A stretch of 64,000 nucleotides of DNA. It comes from Bilabrum cf. latius. Lineage: Eukaryota. The stretch's first letter is position 1, and every line of letters begins with the position of its first letter. The position numbers and the translations under genes were made by a program. Below are positions 37,899-49,900 of this stretch, in pieces. The notes beneath the pieces are model-generated. The model saw only the letters and a list, made by a program, of their open reading frames with translations. It ran no database searches and was not told where the DNA came from. The stretch lies in assembly GCA_965178125.1 (NCBI GenBank), contig OZ237777.1, positions 62,001 to 126,000 on the forward strand, given 5' to 3'.

Positions 37899-39177
37899 AT
37901 GAAACGCAAGTCGTGTTCGATCTGCAGAAGGATGAAAGTGAGTTGCTAAGGTCAAACAATTGCATGCATCACTACGTTGCATCCAGGCCTGCAACTCGAG
38001 CTGCTCCTGCCGCGCGCCTTAATCTCAATCGCAGAAAAAATGTTAGTTCGTTGGCAATCAGGATTGCCTCTCTTGTCAGAAGCGTGGACTCACATGCGAT
38101 TTTGGGCACACTAAAGTAAGTGGTAGGAGGAGTACGCCTCTTGCAAACAAGACTCCTTCATGCCCTTGGGCGGTGTCTACCTCGAGCAAATCTCTGAATC
38201 GTAGGGTTTGTGGAGCGATGTAGAGAGGGCTGTCAGGTCAGCCAAAATAGTTACGTTGGCTTGGTGCAACTGTAGTGAATCATGCTCTATCGCCTGACGT
38301 TGCAAGAGGCGCTCGTGATGCAATCATAGACTCTCTTAACAAGCATCCAGGCTTGCAGCAAGCTGTGTCTGCAAAACTAGAGCGCGGTTCTGGATAGAAG
38401 AGGCTAATGATTCCAATCAAATCCAACAGAGGTCTTTCACGTCGCCTGCACAAAGCTCTAGTGTAGATGCGTGATGCTGTGAGGCATGCAACTGGGGACC
38501 CCTCGGCCCTTCTTGAGAGGCCAGTTGCGTTGGTCAGCCTGCCTGGATGTGGAAAACAGCGCTTACACAGAGATCTGGACCCCAGCAAGGCCTGGTCTCT
38601 CTCTGGGAAGGGCTTTGCTGGCGGGGCAATAGCTTCGCTTGTGAAACCAAGCAAGCTTCAGGTCTCCTATGGATCTCATCTGATCGTATCACCCACAAAG
38701 AGCTCCAGATTAGCTGACCTCGAGATCTCGCCAGGTAGTTGCTTGAGCTTCCATGGCAGCTTAGTACATGCGGGGTGCGAATCTGACGGGATTCAAGTTC
38801 GTCTTCACGCGTACATTAAGGGCTCTGGCGTGCAGGGGCCTCTGAAGCTAACAAAAACGCACATTGATGACCTCTTCCAGAAAAAGCTCGCGCCCGAATC
38901 GGGTATGGGAGGTGCCAGCGGAGCAGCGGCCGGTCCTGCTCGGCGGTCGGCGCGCTTGCAGTCCCGCGGTAATTCGGCTGCTACCGCAGGGCGGCATCCT
39001 GGGGGGCAGGGCAAGCGCGCCCCCACCATTGGGAGCAAGAGACAGAGACAAGCTGTGGACGCTGCGGCTGCCACACGGCATGTCTCTGTGAAGGAGGCAG
39101 CTGCGGCAGCAACCGGCAGGAGGTCCAGTGCCGGTACCGGTGCCGGACCCAGGCGGTAGAAGCCGCGCACAACTTGA
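37899..39177 (+). CDS. Zn2Cys6 (GAL4-type) binuclear cluster fused to a PhyH-like 2OG-Fe(II) dioxygenase; two exons (37899-37937, 38035-39177); six in-frame TAG
   Basis: Splicing GTGAGT...CGCAG (37938-38034) gives MKRKSCSICRRMKKKC*FVGNQDCLSCQKRGLTCDF (Cx2Cx6Cx7Cx2Cx6C). Later motifs: LVSLPGCGKQRLHRD (HxD), GSCLSFHGSLVHAG (distal H), VRLHAY (R). TAG at 38044, 38221, 38248, 38395, 38464 and 39157; ends TGA 39175-39177. Confidence 0.78.
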
Positions 39178-40354
39178 TATGCCAGGGAACTGTAAGTGGT
39201 GCTGGTGTGGTGGAGTGTTAGCACACACAGGCACACAGCTGTTGTAGGCCCTAGCACGTCCGCGCAGCCAGGTAAAGCCTGCCACATGGCCAGGTGATAC
39301 ACCCTTGGATTGATGATCTGTCAGTCCTGAGCTCTTCACCTCTTCTTCTGAGATCACACACTTTACACAGCACTTCTAGTATCGCTTTCATCTCCTCCGG
39401 GCCCCACCGCCCCATCCCACATGCCTACCCCATCTGCTGTGCTTCCCGCTCCACGTCGTCCACCTTGTCCATCTTTCATCAATACCAAGAAACTCGCCGT
39501 TTCCCTTCGCCGCAGTCACGCCCCGCGACTTGACCACTCGCACGAGCACGATCTCAGCCGGTCGCAGCTGCACTGCACCCTGCTCCCCATTCCCGAGATC
39601 CTCGTCGTGCTGGGTCATCACGTACGGGTCACCATTCGGAGTGCGGCCCGAGGTAGGGCCGCTCAGCGTACCAGCAGCCTGCAGCACGGGGCGGACTATT
39701 CTGCGGGCAGCAGTTCGCATGGCCGGTCGCCCACTGTCACGTTGGTGACACTGTTGCTGTCGACCGACGAACCAAAGTCTCTCTCAGGCAGCACAAGCAC
39801 CTCTCCGCCTGCGGTCCCAACTGGCTGCGGGGCAGCACTCCTGATCCTAGGACGGGCATACCTGATTGCAATGTCGATCGCCTGCTGCATGTCCGTGTAG
39901 AAGGACCCCACCTGGACCGGCACCCGGTGCCCCAGCCCCACGCCAGCTGGGACTGTCAGCCTTAGTACCCCATCCGCCTGTCGTAACCCCGCTGGCGGCA
40001 GCTCGATGCCTAGGTCGGGTAGCGAGGCCTGCACGAGGCCATACTGAGCGGTGCCAAACCCGGATCCACACAGCTCTAGCATACCTCGCGTATGCGGAAT
40101 GCCCGCAAGATCAGATTCCGAATCCATTGCCTTCGCTATCTATAGCAATGCTCACGGGGAAGTAGGCCATGTCTGTGGTGGCCTCGGGGCTAGCCTCCAG
40201 AGGGGGCAGGTCAGCGAAGGCCGCGGCAGTCACAGGCGCACGGTAGGCCAGGACCATCCAGTTGCCCCGCGAAGCGGCCTCGATGGCTCCGTTGCAGCCC
40301 ACGTTGATGATGAGTACTTGCTGGTATTAAGGAGACAGAGTCTGATTCGTTGTT

Positions 40355-40744
40355 GACGTCAAATGAGATGATAAGCGTCTGTGCGATGAGGATGGCTCTG
40401 CGAAGAAGGAGAACGCCGCAACACCTTGTCCGTAGGTGGGAAGAGGAATTGTAGCGTTAGACATCGTAATCTGATTAACGGAAGAGGCAGGCCACGAAGA
40501 GTGGAGGTTGGCATTTCTCCAGTCAATTGCCTCCATTCGGGGTGGAAGAGCTCAGGACTGACAGATCGTCTTGAATTCTTTTCCCACCCGCCCGGGCCCG
40601 GAGAATTCGTTGTGTGTCTCCGCTGGTGGACAAATCCATCGGTGGATTCAGGCACATGGCGACGGCTCTGTGTTCGATGCCATGTCTGGTTGTATTTGGG
40701 TGGTTGAGTCTGTAAAAGAAGCTTTCATGGAAGTCACGATGTCA
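40355..40744. mobile_element. ~390-bp insertion in the IPT pseudogene, related to the flanks of the YR element at 44304-45613
   Basis: 40447-40581 is a direct copy of 45479-45613. 40600-40744 is an inverted copy of 44304-44448. The left boundary is approximate. Confidence 0.65.
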
Positions 40745-41482
40745 ACTTGAGTCGTGTCTCACAGGGCCCAGCGAAGTTGACTGAGCACGATGCATCCGGG
40801 CTGTCTGGGTCAGGCGTGATGACCTCGAGATCCAGACACTCCTGCCCACCGATGAGCAGCGACATCCTGTCTGGGTTTGTTCCCTCGAGCCCCTGCACCT
40901 TGGCCAGGCAGACGTCCTCCCCTCCAGCGGTGTCCAGTGCGGGCCAGTCGGGCTGTTCCTGCAGGGCGTCAAAGAAGGGCACGGGCCGGTTGAACGTAGC
41001 TGTGTTGGAGACTCGCTGGTCCAAACGCACCTGCACCTGCACGTCTGCTGCCCCAGTAGGGTCTACGATCTCGAATTCGATCTCTTCGTTCGTCCATCGC
41101 ATGATCCTGGGTGCAAGCATGTCCAAGTCTGCGCTAATCCCCACGGCCTGCTCATCCACCAGCAGATTCGCATCCCCCCGCGTCCCTGCACGAACACCCG
41201 AAGCCACACGTTGCCCATCGTTGAGTTGCGGTCGGGTGAGGTGCGGGTGATGGCGGGCGGATCGTACACCAGCAACCCCGCCCCTGCAGCGGGGAAAACA
41301 CCGGCGCTCCAGAACCTACCGTGGATTGCAGCCTCACGATCACCTCCCGGTTCTCGCCATACCCCGGAGGCGGGTCGAACTCGAACAGAGCCATCACTCC
41401 GTCCCCGCGCAGCTCGCCCCCACCGTTGGTGACAGGCACCTCGGCAAGCTGTCTGAGCTTCTCCTGGGCGGACTGGGGCAGC

Positions 41483-41550
41483 GCCCACCCGCACATTATG
41501 TCTGGTGCCCACCCGCGCATTATGTCTGGTGCCCACCCGCGCATTATGTC
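41483..41550. repeat. 24-bp tandem repeat, about 3 copies
   Basis: Unit gcccacccgcgcattatgtctggt. Confidence 0.9.
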
Positions 41551-44531
41551 GGGTCAGTGCCGACTGGGGCCGCGGATCCGCGGTTGTACACGTAAAGTGT
41601 TGCGTTAGCGCGGGCAGCGAATCCAGGATTCGACTCTTCCACTGATAGGCTCCCGCTCCTCCAGTGGAGGCACCCTGCGGCGTAAGCTCCGCTTCCGTCA
41701 CAGCAGGAGCTGCTTACGATGTCATAGGCTTTGGATTCTACCTTTGAAGACTAGCCTTCGACCGATACGATCCATACCTGCGGCCGACCCCCGGCTCGGT
41801 CCTGTACTCGATAGCAGTGTGGTTGGGCACTTCACAGCCAGTGGCCACGCTCTCGTAGCCAGTGGTTCCGTACCTGACGGAGTCCAGCGGATCAGTCCTG
41901 GGCCCACAGTTGGTACCCCGCAGCAGCACGCGGTCCCCACACTCCGTAGAGGCATCCACAGCCCCTGACCCGGGGGTCTCAGAGATCTAGTTGCCGATCA
42001 GCAGGTACTATCGGAAATCTGCGCCTGCACCCCCCATGGTCTTGCACTCTGTTGGCCAGCACCACATCGCAGTCCGCTGCGTGGAACGGAGGAGGCAGGT
42101 CGTCCTCACTCAGCTGCATGTGGCCCTCCTGTCTTGCCATGTGTGCGGCATCCAGTAGCAGTATTACTCGTCCACTTGGCGCTTCGTGTACACTGCCTGA
42201 GCCACGGTTGGTCCCAAGGGCCGGCAGTGCCTGCCCTCGATGATGACCAGCTAGTTGCCCTCCGTGTGTACGAGCGATGAGCCTGGTCCTGCATAGCTCG
42301 TGATCACCGGCGGGTGGTAGTTGGTCATCGCCTCGAGCACGGGACTCTCTTGCCCGTCGATCTCCACCTTCCACACAAGCTCATCTCCGATGCCAGGCGC
42401 TGTTCTGCATGTGATCCTGGTGCTAGCAGAGGCCACGAAGCAGTCAGTTGCCTCAAAAGCACTGAACCATGTCGGGTCAGCCTTTGCAGCCCACTTAGAC
42501 CAGTAGGTCACCTTGGGCACAGGCATGGGTAGGAAACCCAAGGGCTGGTCCGCTGCCAGCATGCGAGGCACATCGGCCAGTGCGGACCCGCACAACTCCT
42601 GCACGCCTTCCAGCAGCACTGTCCTTGGCCCGAGCTGGTCGCCCTCTAGGATGATGATCGCGCAGCCATGTCTTGGCATCCGCCGTTCCCTGGCCCCCGG
42701 CCAACCGCACCTGTGGCGCGCGGTATGACGTGGTGTCATCCGAGGTCACTCCCGAGTCCTGCCCGCCCACCATGACGACCCACGTGTGATCCTTGCCCAT
42801 TCCTGGCTGCGCCTGGCACAGCACTCCCTTGTGCGGGTTGGATGGCAAGCTGTCAAACTGCGTGCAGTAGCGCTCACTGTCTCCATCAGGCCCGTAGTAG
42901 GCACGCACACCTGCGCAAGCAAGAGCCTGTGGACCAGGTTTCAGGAAACGCCCCTTGATGTGAATGGCGTCACCCCCATGTGTGGATAGGAAGGTATTCG
43001 TCATTGAGGTGTCCACGTCCATAGTCATCTACTCCATTGCCAGCATCAGTTTCTCGCATGCCTCTGTGGCTTTCTTTCTAGCGCTCTGCACCTCTGCAGC
43101 AGGCAGTACCACCACCGGCTCGCTCGTTCTCACACGAGAGCAAGGCCAAGTTCTGCTGCGATCGGAAGGGGCTGGTCCATTAAAATGAGACCCACAAGCA
43201 CAGTGAAGTCCAGACAAACGATCCCAATGGATGACTCGCACTGGGGTTCCAATGGCGCCGACGTTGGTTCCAGTCAGCTGGATATTGCTTCCCTCAAGGG
43301 TGTCAATGTCAGAGGCTCGTGCTAACGCAGATTATGTGGGGCGCTTATACCTCGCGTAGATCCCGCCCGCAATCTGCGAGAAGCCGTTCACTGTGATGGT
43401 CCACTCGAGCGCCTCGCCGTACCCTGGCTGCACCTCGCACTCAAGCAAGGTAGGGGCTGTCAGGATCGTGCATTCGCTTTCCGACACGTTGTAACCGCGA
43501 TATGGGTGCATGCCAGCAGCTGAAGAATAGCCATAGTACGCAGACACGACGTTGGGGCTGGCCCCGCCCCTCCATACTACGCCCATCCACTCGCATTGGA
43601 AGCGCACCTGGGTTTCCCCTGTCGTTGGAAAGGGTACCCAGTCCACCGTAGTGATGATGATGTCGTTGGTGTCCCGGATGGTCACAGCAACAGTGGACTA
43701 CACCTGCATCAGCCCGTCCGACACCTCCACCACCAGGTTAAGCTAGCCTGCGCCTCGTAGTCGAGCGGCTTGGCCACAACAACTTCGAAGCCCTGCGTCT
43801 GTGCCACGCTGATATCTCGGGTGTCGGCCGATACAGCGAAGTGCCCGTCAGGATCCCCACCTGTGATCGCAAATGCCAGAATGTCCTCCGTGTCGGGGTC
43901 GCTGCAAGGGACGCAAGCAATGGCAGTGCCCGGCTGGATGCCCTCGATGATGTCTACAGAGCCATCTTGCGTGGCAGGGATCTCGTTCACGTCATTCGCC
44001 CGGATGGTTGCGGTGAAGTTGGCCTTCAAGCCGTTGTTGTCCTCCACCGCGATCACCAGCTCGATGCGGCCGTCTGTGACTTTCAAATAGTTAAGACAGG
44101 ACGCATCCGTCAATTGTGTGCCGTAGGTACGGATGCACGTTACGAAGTGATTTAGATAGATATATTAGGAGAGATTGTGTAGTATTGGTCGCCGAGCGCA
44201 GATGTGAGGCTCTCACTTGTTCGGAATTTCGGTGGCACCTGTGTTCTACAGCTGTGCCCCGATATTCTCAGTAATAATTGTCATTATGTGGCAATACACA
44301 CTGTGACATCGTGACTTCCATGAAAGCTTCTTTTACATTCTCAACCACCTGAATAAAACCAGACATGGCATCGAACACAGAGCCGTCGCCATGTGCCTGA
44401 ATCCACCGGTTGATTTGTCCACCACCGGAGACACACAACTAATTCTCCATGTCTTACCATATCTTCCTTACGGGAGGTTGCAGTGGGTGGTCTCGTTGAA
44501 GCAAAGCAAAGTGTCTCCAAGATAGTTGGAA

Positions 44532-45400
44532 TTAGCTGGACGCCCGTGCTTGGGCCACCGCCTCAAGCAGCACCGCCTGTGGCGCGCGCTGCAGCTCAAG
44601 GTGCGTCCAACCAATATCGATTGCTGGCAGCCCATCGGCTTCTCGCCGGATGTAGGTGTTCATGCTCTTAGTGGATGCCCACCGTCCAAGACGCTGCACA
44701 ATGCCGTGCTCGATGCCCAGCCGCACCATTGTGCTGGTGATGCGGAAACTGTGCCCATGCCACCCACTTGCATCGTCATGGCGGCTTGCACAGCTCCGCA
44801 CCAGACGTACGACGTGCAACGGCGTACCGCGTCGTGCGGCGACCGTTCGATGCGATCTCCGGGAACAACAACACCTGACTGTTCTGGCAGGCGTTGTGCA
44901 GGTGGCGTGGCGAGGTGACCGGGATTCCCGCTGCGGTCAGCCTCGTCATGACGTGCCGGACGAAATGGTGTACGGGGCAGCATGGGCTACCCTGTACCTC
45001 TCCTTTGACCACCTACACAGGGGATCGGGTTGCGATTGCCACCGTGGCGGGCCCACCCGCCTTGGTGAACCGCAGGTGCAGGGAGCAGCTGATCACCTTG
45101 TTGTCCTCGATTGCCCAGGATACATGCTTGAGGCGATGCGGATCAGAGGCGGCCCGTGCCTCTCCCGTGGCCTCGCCCAGGCGCATGGTCCCCCCAAAGG
45201 CCAGTGCACCGGCCAACTAGGCCGCACTTTTGCCGGGGGTGGATGGCTGGAATTTGAAGAAGTGCCGCACTGCTGACATCGGGATGGGCGTGCGGTGCAG
45301 ACTTGCAAGTGTTTGTTTGCCGTGTAATGCCTGGCCACTGCATGGCCAAAGTCACCAAGTCCTTTCACTACGACTGCTCCTAATCGATTGTACAAGGACG
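44532..45400 (-). pseudogene. Tyrosine recombinase of a DIRS/Ngaro/Crypton-type element, frameshifted
   Basis: ALAFGGTMRLGEA (R), LHLRFTK (K), CCPV, GHSFRI (HxxR), IVQRLGRWASTKSMNTYIR (W...Y). In-frame TAG at 45013. Confidence 0.85.
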
Positions 45401-45803
45401 CCAGTGTCGCTGCTTCGCCATGTACGCTATGACTCTGCCGAGCTTAAGGGCCTCGTTGCGTGGTGAACCGATGCGGTCAATTGTAGCATTAGACATCGTA
45501 ATCTGATTAACGGAAGAGGCAGGCCACGAAGAGTGGAGGTTGGCATTTCTCCAGTCAATCGCCTCCATTCGGGGTGGAAGAGCTCAGGACTGACAGATCG
45601 TCTTGAATTCTTTATGTGCCTTCAGGCACTCCTGAACACAGCGTGCTGCGAGTACGCCACCAGCCGCGCTGGCACATGCAGCGCGAACTGTGTGCAAGTA
45701 ATGGAAGTAATGGGAACTGCCAACCAGTGTGGATTGCTGCAGCCGTGAAGATGAGCCAATGGATGTGGTTGAAGGAACAAATCTGATCTGTAGTCTAGGT
45801 TCA

Positions 45804-46170
45804 TGTTATATGTACTCGGACATCAGGATTGAAGCAACGGGGAGCAGAGGCGAGACGGAAGACGGGGCGGGCGCAGGAGGACAGGAGGTGGAGGAGAAGA
45901 GGGGGACACCGGCACAGGCGACGACAGTGCGGTGACAACAGGGAGAACGAAACGGGAGGTGGCTCCAGGTGCAAGGCACGAGGTAGACGTGGGTGGCAGC
46001 GGACTGCATGGCCAGCAGCACGCAGAAGGCCAACAGGTGGGTGGACAGATGGGGCACACGGCAGGTCGGCCAGGACCGGCGCGTGCAAGCTGAAAGGATA
46101 GGGCAAAGGTGGCAATGCATGGAGCAAAGCACACGGTCCCTAGGGCGGGGAACAGGCCATGTGGCGACGT
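45804..46170 (+). mobile_element. Partial copy of the TGTTATATGTAC LTR-like element
   Basis: Shares its exact 5' end and about 365 bp with 6533-7054 (minus strand), and its 5' part with 342-695. Confidence 0.65.
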
Positions 46171-46990
46171 ACCGTAGATGGCCTACGTGGCACCTGAGGG
46201 CCAGACCAAGTAGCCACCCCATCCATACAGCGATGCATTAGTGAACATAACTGGATGACAATTGGGGTCTTGCTAACGAGCGGCCATATTGGGCAGAAGA
46301 GCGTACTGTCGAAGAGTCTGCCTAAACCTCGACTGGTACCGAGAGTACAGCTGCATGCGCGTTATCGTGCAACCTCGCGACCAGATGCAGGCAGGATTGC
46401 TTCCAGCCACGTAGCACAACGGACCCACCAGCGATTCAACCGTTGACCGACGGATTCTAACCTGAGTGGCCCCCTAGATGCCGTTAATGAGCCCGACCGC
46501 CTTCGTGACCTCGGACGGCTGCACGTACACCTTAAAGTCATCCCACACCACCAGGAGGGAACGTCTCTGTTCTCCACCAGCTAGGCACACTACGTCTGTG
46601 CTTCATTGCCGGAGTAGCACCATACTTGCACGAGCTGTGCTGCATGACACGGTGGTTTCGTGCCCACGGGGGCAGTACCCGCTCGAGGAGCAGACTCAGA
46701 TGCGATTAGCGATGCGGAGGAGGCAGATATTGCGGTTCAGGAGCGGGAGCCAGTGATAGGTGTAGGGTTAGGGTAGGGGGCGAGGGGGGATGAGGGTGGA
46801 GCATATAGTATGTGCGCGAACTCTGGAGATTGCCTGACAGGCAGGTTGCGAGTAAACAGGCGAGACGGGGCAGTGGACCACTGCCAGTGGTATCGTAGAG
46901 CTATGCGAGTGGCGCCGCACTGGACTGGGGAGCGGAACCTCATGATTGGGCTGTGGTGGGATAGTACCAAGTGCTGCCCGATCGTGCATA

Positions 46991-49900
46991 GAGTGTTCAT
47001 GCCAGTTACAGCCCAGCGGGTCAAGCTCGCAGCGGTCCACTAACTGGGTTTGCCGCACCCGGGTCCCTTCCTGCAGGGGAATTGCACGACCGGCAGCAGC
47101 GCGCAGAGGCGGACGGACGGACAGATGGATGGATGGATGGATGGATGGATGGATGGACGGACGGACAGATGGACAGATGGACAGATGGATGGATGAATGG
47201 ATGGATGGATGGATGGATGGATGGATGGATGGATGGATGGATGGATGGATGCGGGGCCAGGACCGGCGCGTGCAAACTGAAAGGATGGGGCCAAGGTGGC
47301 AATGCAGGGAGCAAAGCACACGGTCTCTAGGGCGTCCGTGCCTGTGACTTCGAGGGGGGGACCCCGTGCTCGTGCACGGGTTTGCGTGTGCACGAATGTG
47401 GCCTTCACGGGCGTGGAGGCCGGTGAGGTACGCAGATGCGTTCCTGCACGGGCGTGCCTGCCACAGCAACCCGTGCAGGGGCACGAGCAGCAGCGGTCCG
47501 ATCCTTGCAGGCCGGGATGCGCTTCGCACTTCGCCGGCGGCACCAGTTTTGCACTGTGCTGATTGAATGATGGGTACTGTTGCTTCCTCCTTCTTTCCTG
47601 CTGCTGCATTTGGCCGCATACTGTCGGGCGTGTCTGACAAGGCTGTGACGGGCACGGTGACTGTGCGGTCTGGCGATGCGGCATCCGCGTCATCGGGCGC
47701 GGTGAGCCAGGCGTCGGGCGCGTCGACGAACGCGGTGTCTGGCGTGGTGACTGTGGACTCGGGCGCGGCGGTGTCGGCTGCATCGGGCTAGGGTTTTAGG
47801 TAGCGTGCTGCCTGGGTCTTCGTCGCTGGACTCGACGGGCGCAATACTGTGGGCTCTGGCACGTCCGACGTGGATGGGAAGGGTGCGGTGACGAGCCAGT
47901 GGGTGCGGGCGACGGCCTGGCAGAGGACGTGCAGTGAAGGCAGGACATCCGCCGCAGCAGCTGCCGCTGCCTCAAACCAACCGCTCCGGCAACTGGAACG
48001 GCCTGGCACCGGCGGTTCTGTGCTTGTTGTGGTCTTGCAGTGGCATTTGGACCTTTCGAATTGAATTTGGATATGCGGATAAGGTGGGACGGTGGCCAAT
48101 CGGCAATCGGCGCTGACGTCCCCGCGCCGGCGCCGCAGCGGAACCTCGTGAATGAGCCAAAAATTTGGCTCGGCCACGGGGACACACTTGCCTCAGCCGA
48201 ATCAATGTATATTTAAACTGGTTCTGCCGCAATTGCATGGGGTCGTGCCCGCGCGGAGTGTTCGGCTCGGGGGCCCGAGCACCTGCGCCCGAGCCGGAGG
48301 TTGGGCTCGTGCAGAGGCACCCTCCGCCAAACCCTAGGGTTTTCCTTTGTTTGCAGCTAGGGCACAGGTAACTTGTAATTAGCTATATATTTTACACCAC
48401 TTTTGCACTGGGCTGATTGAATGATGGGTACTGTTGCTTCCTCCTTCTTTCCTCAAGCAACTCTGGATTCAAGTCTCACGGGCAAGTCGTCTTGCCCACG
48501 GTTGCCTGCCCTGTGCGTACACTTCGTCGTCCTCAGCTTATTTGATTGATCAAACTGATACATACGTTCGTCCATGATCATGGTGCGATTGGACCACCTG
48601 GTCCGACCATTGGCTCTCAAAGGATGGGATTTGAGCGTGTCTTTGATGAGCAGGCGTCATTCACCAGTGAGTGTTCATGCCAGTTACAGCCCAGCGGGTC
48701 AAGCTCGCAGCGGTCCACTAACTGGGTTTGCCGCACCCGGGTCCCTTCCTGCAGGGGAATTGCACGACCGGCAGCAGCGCGCAGAGGCGGACGGACGGAC
48801 AGATGGATGGATGGATGGATGGATGGATGGATGGACAGATGGATGGATGGATGGATGGATGGATGGATGGATGGATGGATGGATGGATGGATGGATGGAT
48901 GGATGGATGCGGGGCCAGGACCGGCGCGTGCAAACTGAAAGGATGGGGCCAAGGTGGCAATGCAGGGAGCAAAGCACACGGTCTCTAGGGCGTCCGTGCC
49001 TGTGACTTCGAGGGGGGGACCCCGTGCTCGTGCACGGGTTTGCGTGTGCACGAATGTGGCCTTCACGGGCGTGGAGGCCGGTGAGGTACGCAGATGCGTT
49101 CCTGCACGGGCGTGCCCGCCACAGCAACCCGTGCAGGGGCACGAGCAGGAGCGGTCCGATCCTTGCAGGCCGGGATGCGCTTCGCACTTCGCCGGCGGCA
49201 CCAGTTTTGCACTGTGCTGATTGAATGATGGGTACTGTTGCTTCCTCCTTCTTTCCTGCTGCTGCATTTGGCCGCATACTGTCGGGCGTGTCTGACAAGG
49301 CTGTGACGGGCACGGTGACTGTGCGGTCTGGCGATGCGGCATCCGCGTCATCGGGCGCGGTGAGCCAGGCGTCGGGCGCGTCGACGAACGCGGTGTCTGG
49401 CGTGGTGACTGTGGACTCGGGCGCGGCGGTGTCGGCTGCATCGGGCTAGGGTTTTAGGTAGCGTGCTGCCTGGGTCTTCGTCGCTGGACTCGACGGGCGC
49501 AATACTGTGGGCTCTGGCACGTCCGACGTGGATGGGAAGGGTGCGGTGACGAGCCAGTGGGTGCGGGCGACGGCCTGGCAGAGGACGTGCAGTGAAGGCA
49601 GGACATCCGCCGCAGCAGCTGCCGCTGCCTCAAACCAACCGCTCCGGCAACTGGAACGGCCTGGCACCGGCGGTTCTGTGCTTGTTGTGGTCTTGCAGTG
49701 GCATTTGGACCTTTCGAATTGAATTTGGATATGCGGATAAGGTGGGACGGTGGCCAATCGGCAATCGGCGCTGACGTCCCCGCGCCGGCGCCGCAGCGGA
49801 ACCTCGTGAATGAGCCAAAAATTTGGCTCGGCCACGGGGACACACTTGCCTCAGCCGAATCAATGTATATTTAAACTGGTTCTGCCGCAATTGCATGGGG

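Larger units (their letters stand above)
39390..44113 (-). pseudogene. Cadherin-repeat plus multiple IPT/TIG-domain surface protein, frameshifted and interrupted
   Basis: Cadherin motifs: ATIRANDVNEIP, CSDPD, FAITGGDPDGHF, PLDYE. Repeated IPT-like units: CQAQPGMGKDHTWVVMVGGQDS, CRTAPGIGDELVWKVEIDGQES, CEVQPGYGEALEWTITVNG. Several frameshifts, a TAA at 43332 and TAGs at 43029 and 42251. Confidence 0.8.

Noticed and set aside
37899-39177. Pyrrolysine or programmed single-site readthrough as the cause of the TAGs
   Set aside because: There are many TAGs per gene in unrelated eukaryotic genes, with no common downstream context and not at catalytic positions.
41716-41724. acgatgtca matching the end of the 40355-40744 insertion, suggesting another insertion
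   Set aside because: It is only a 9-bp match and the adjacent sequence still reads as IPT-like coding sequence.
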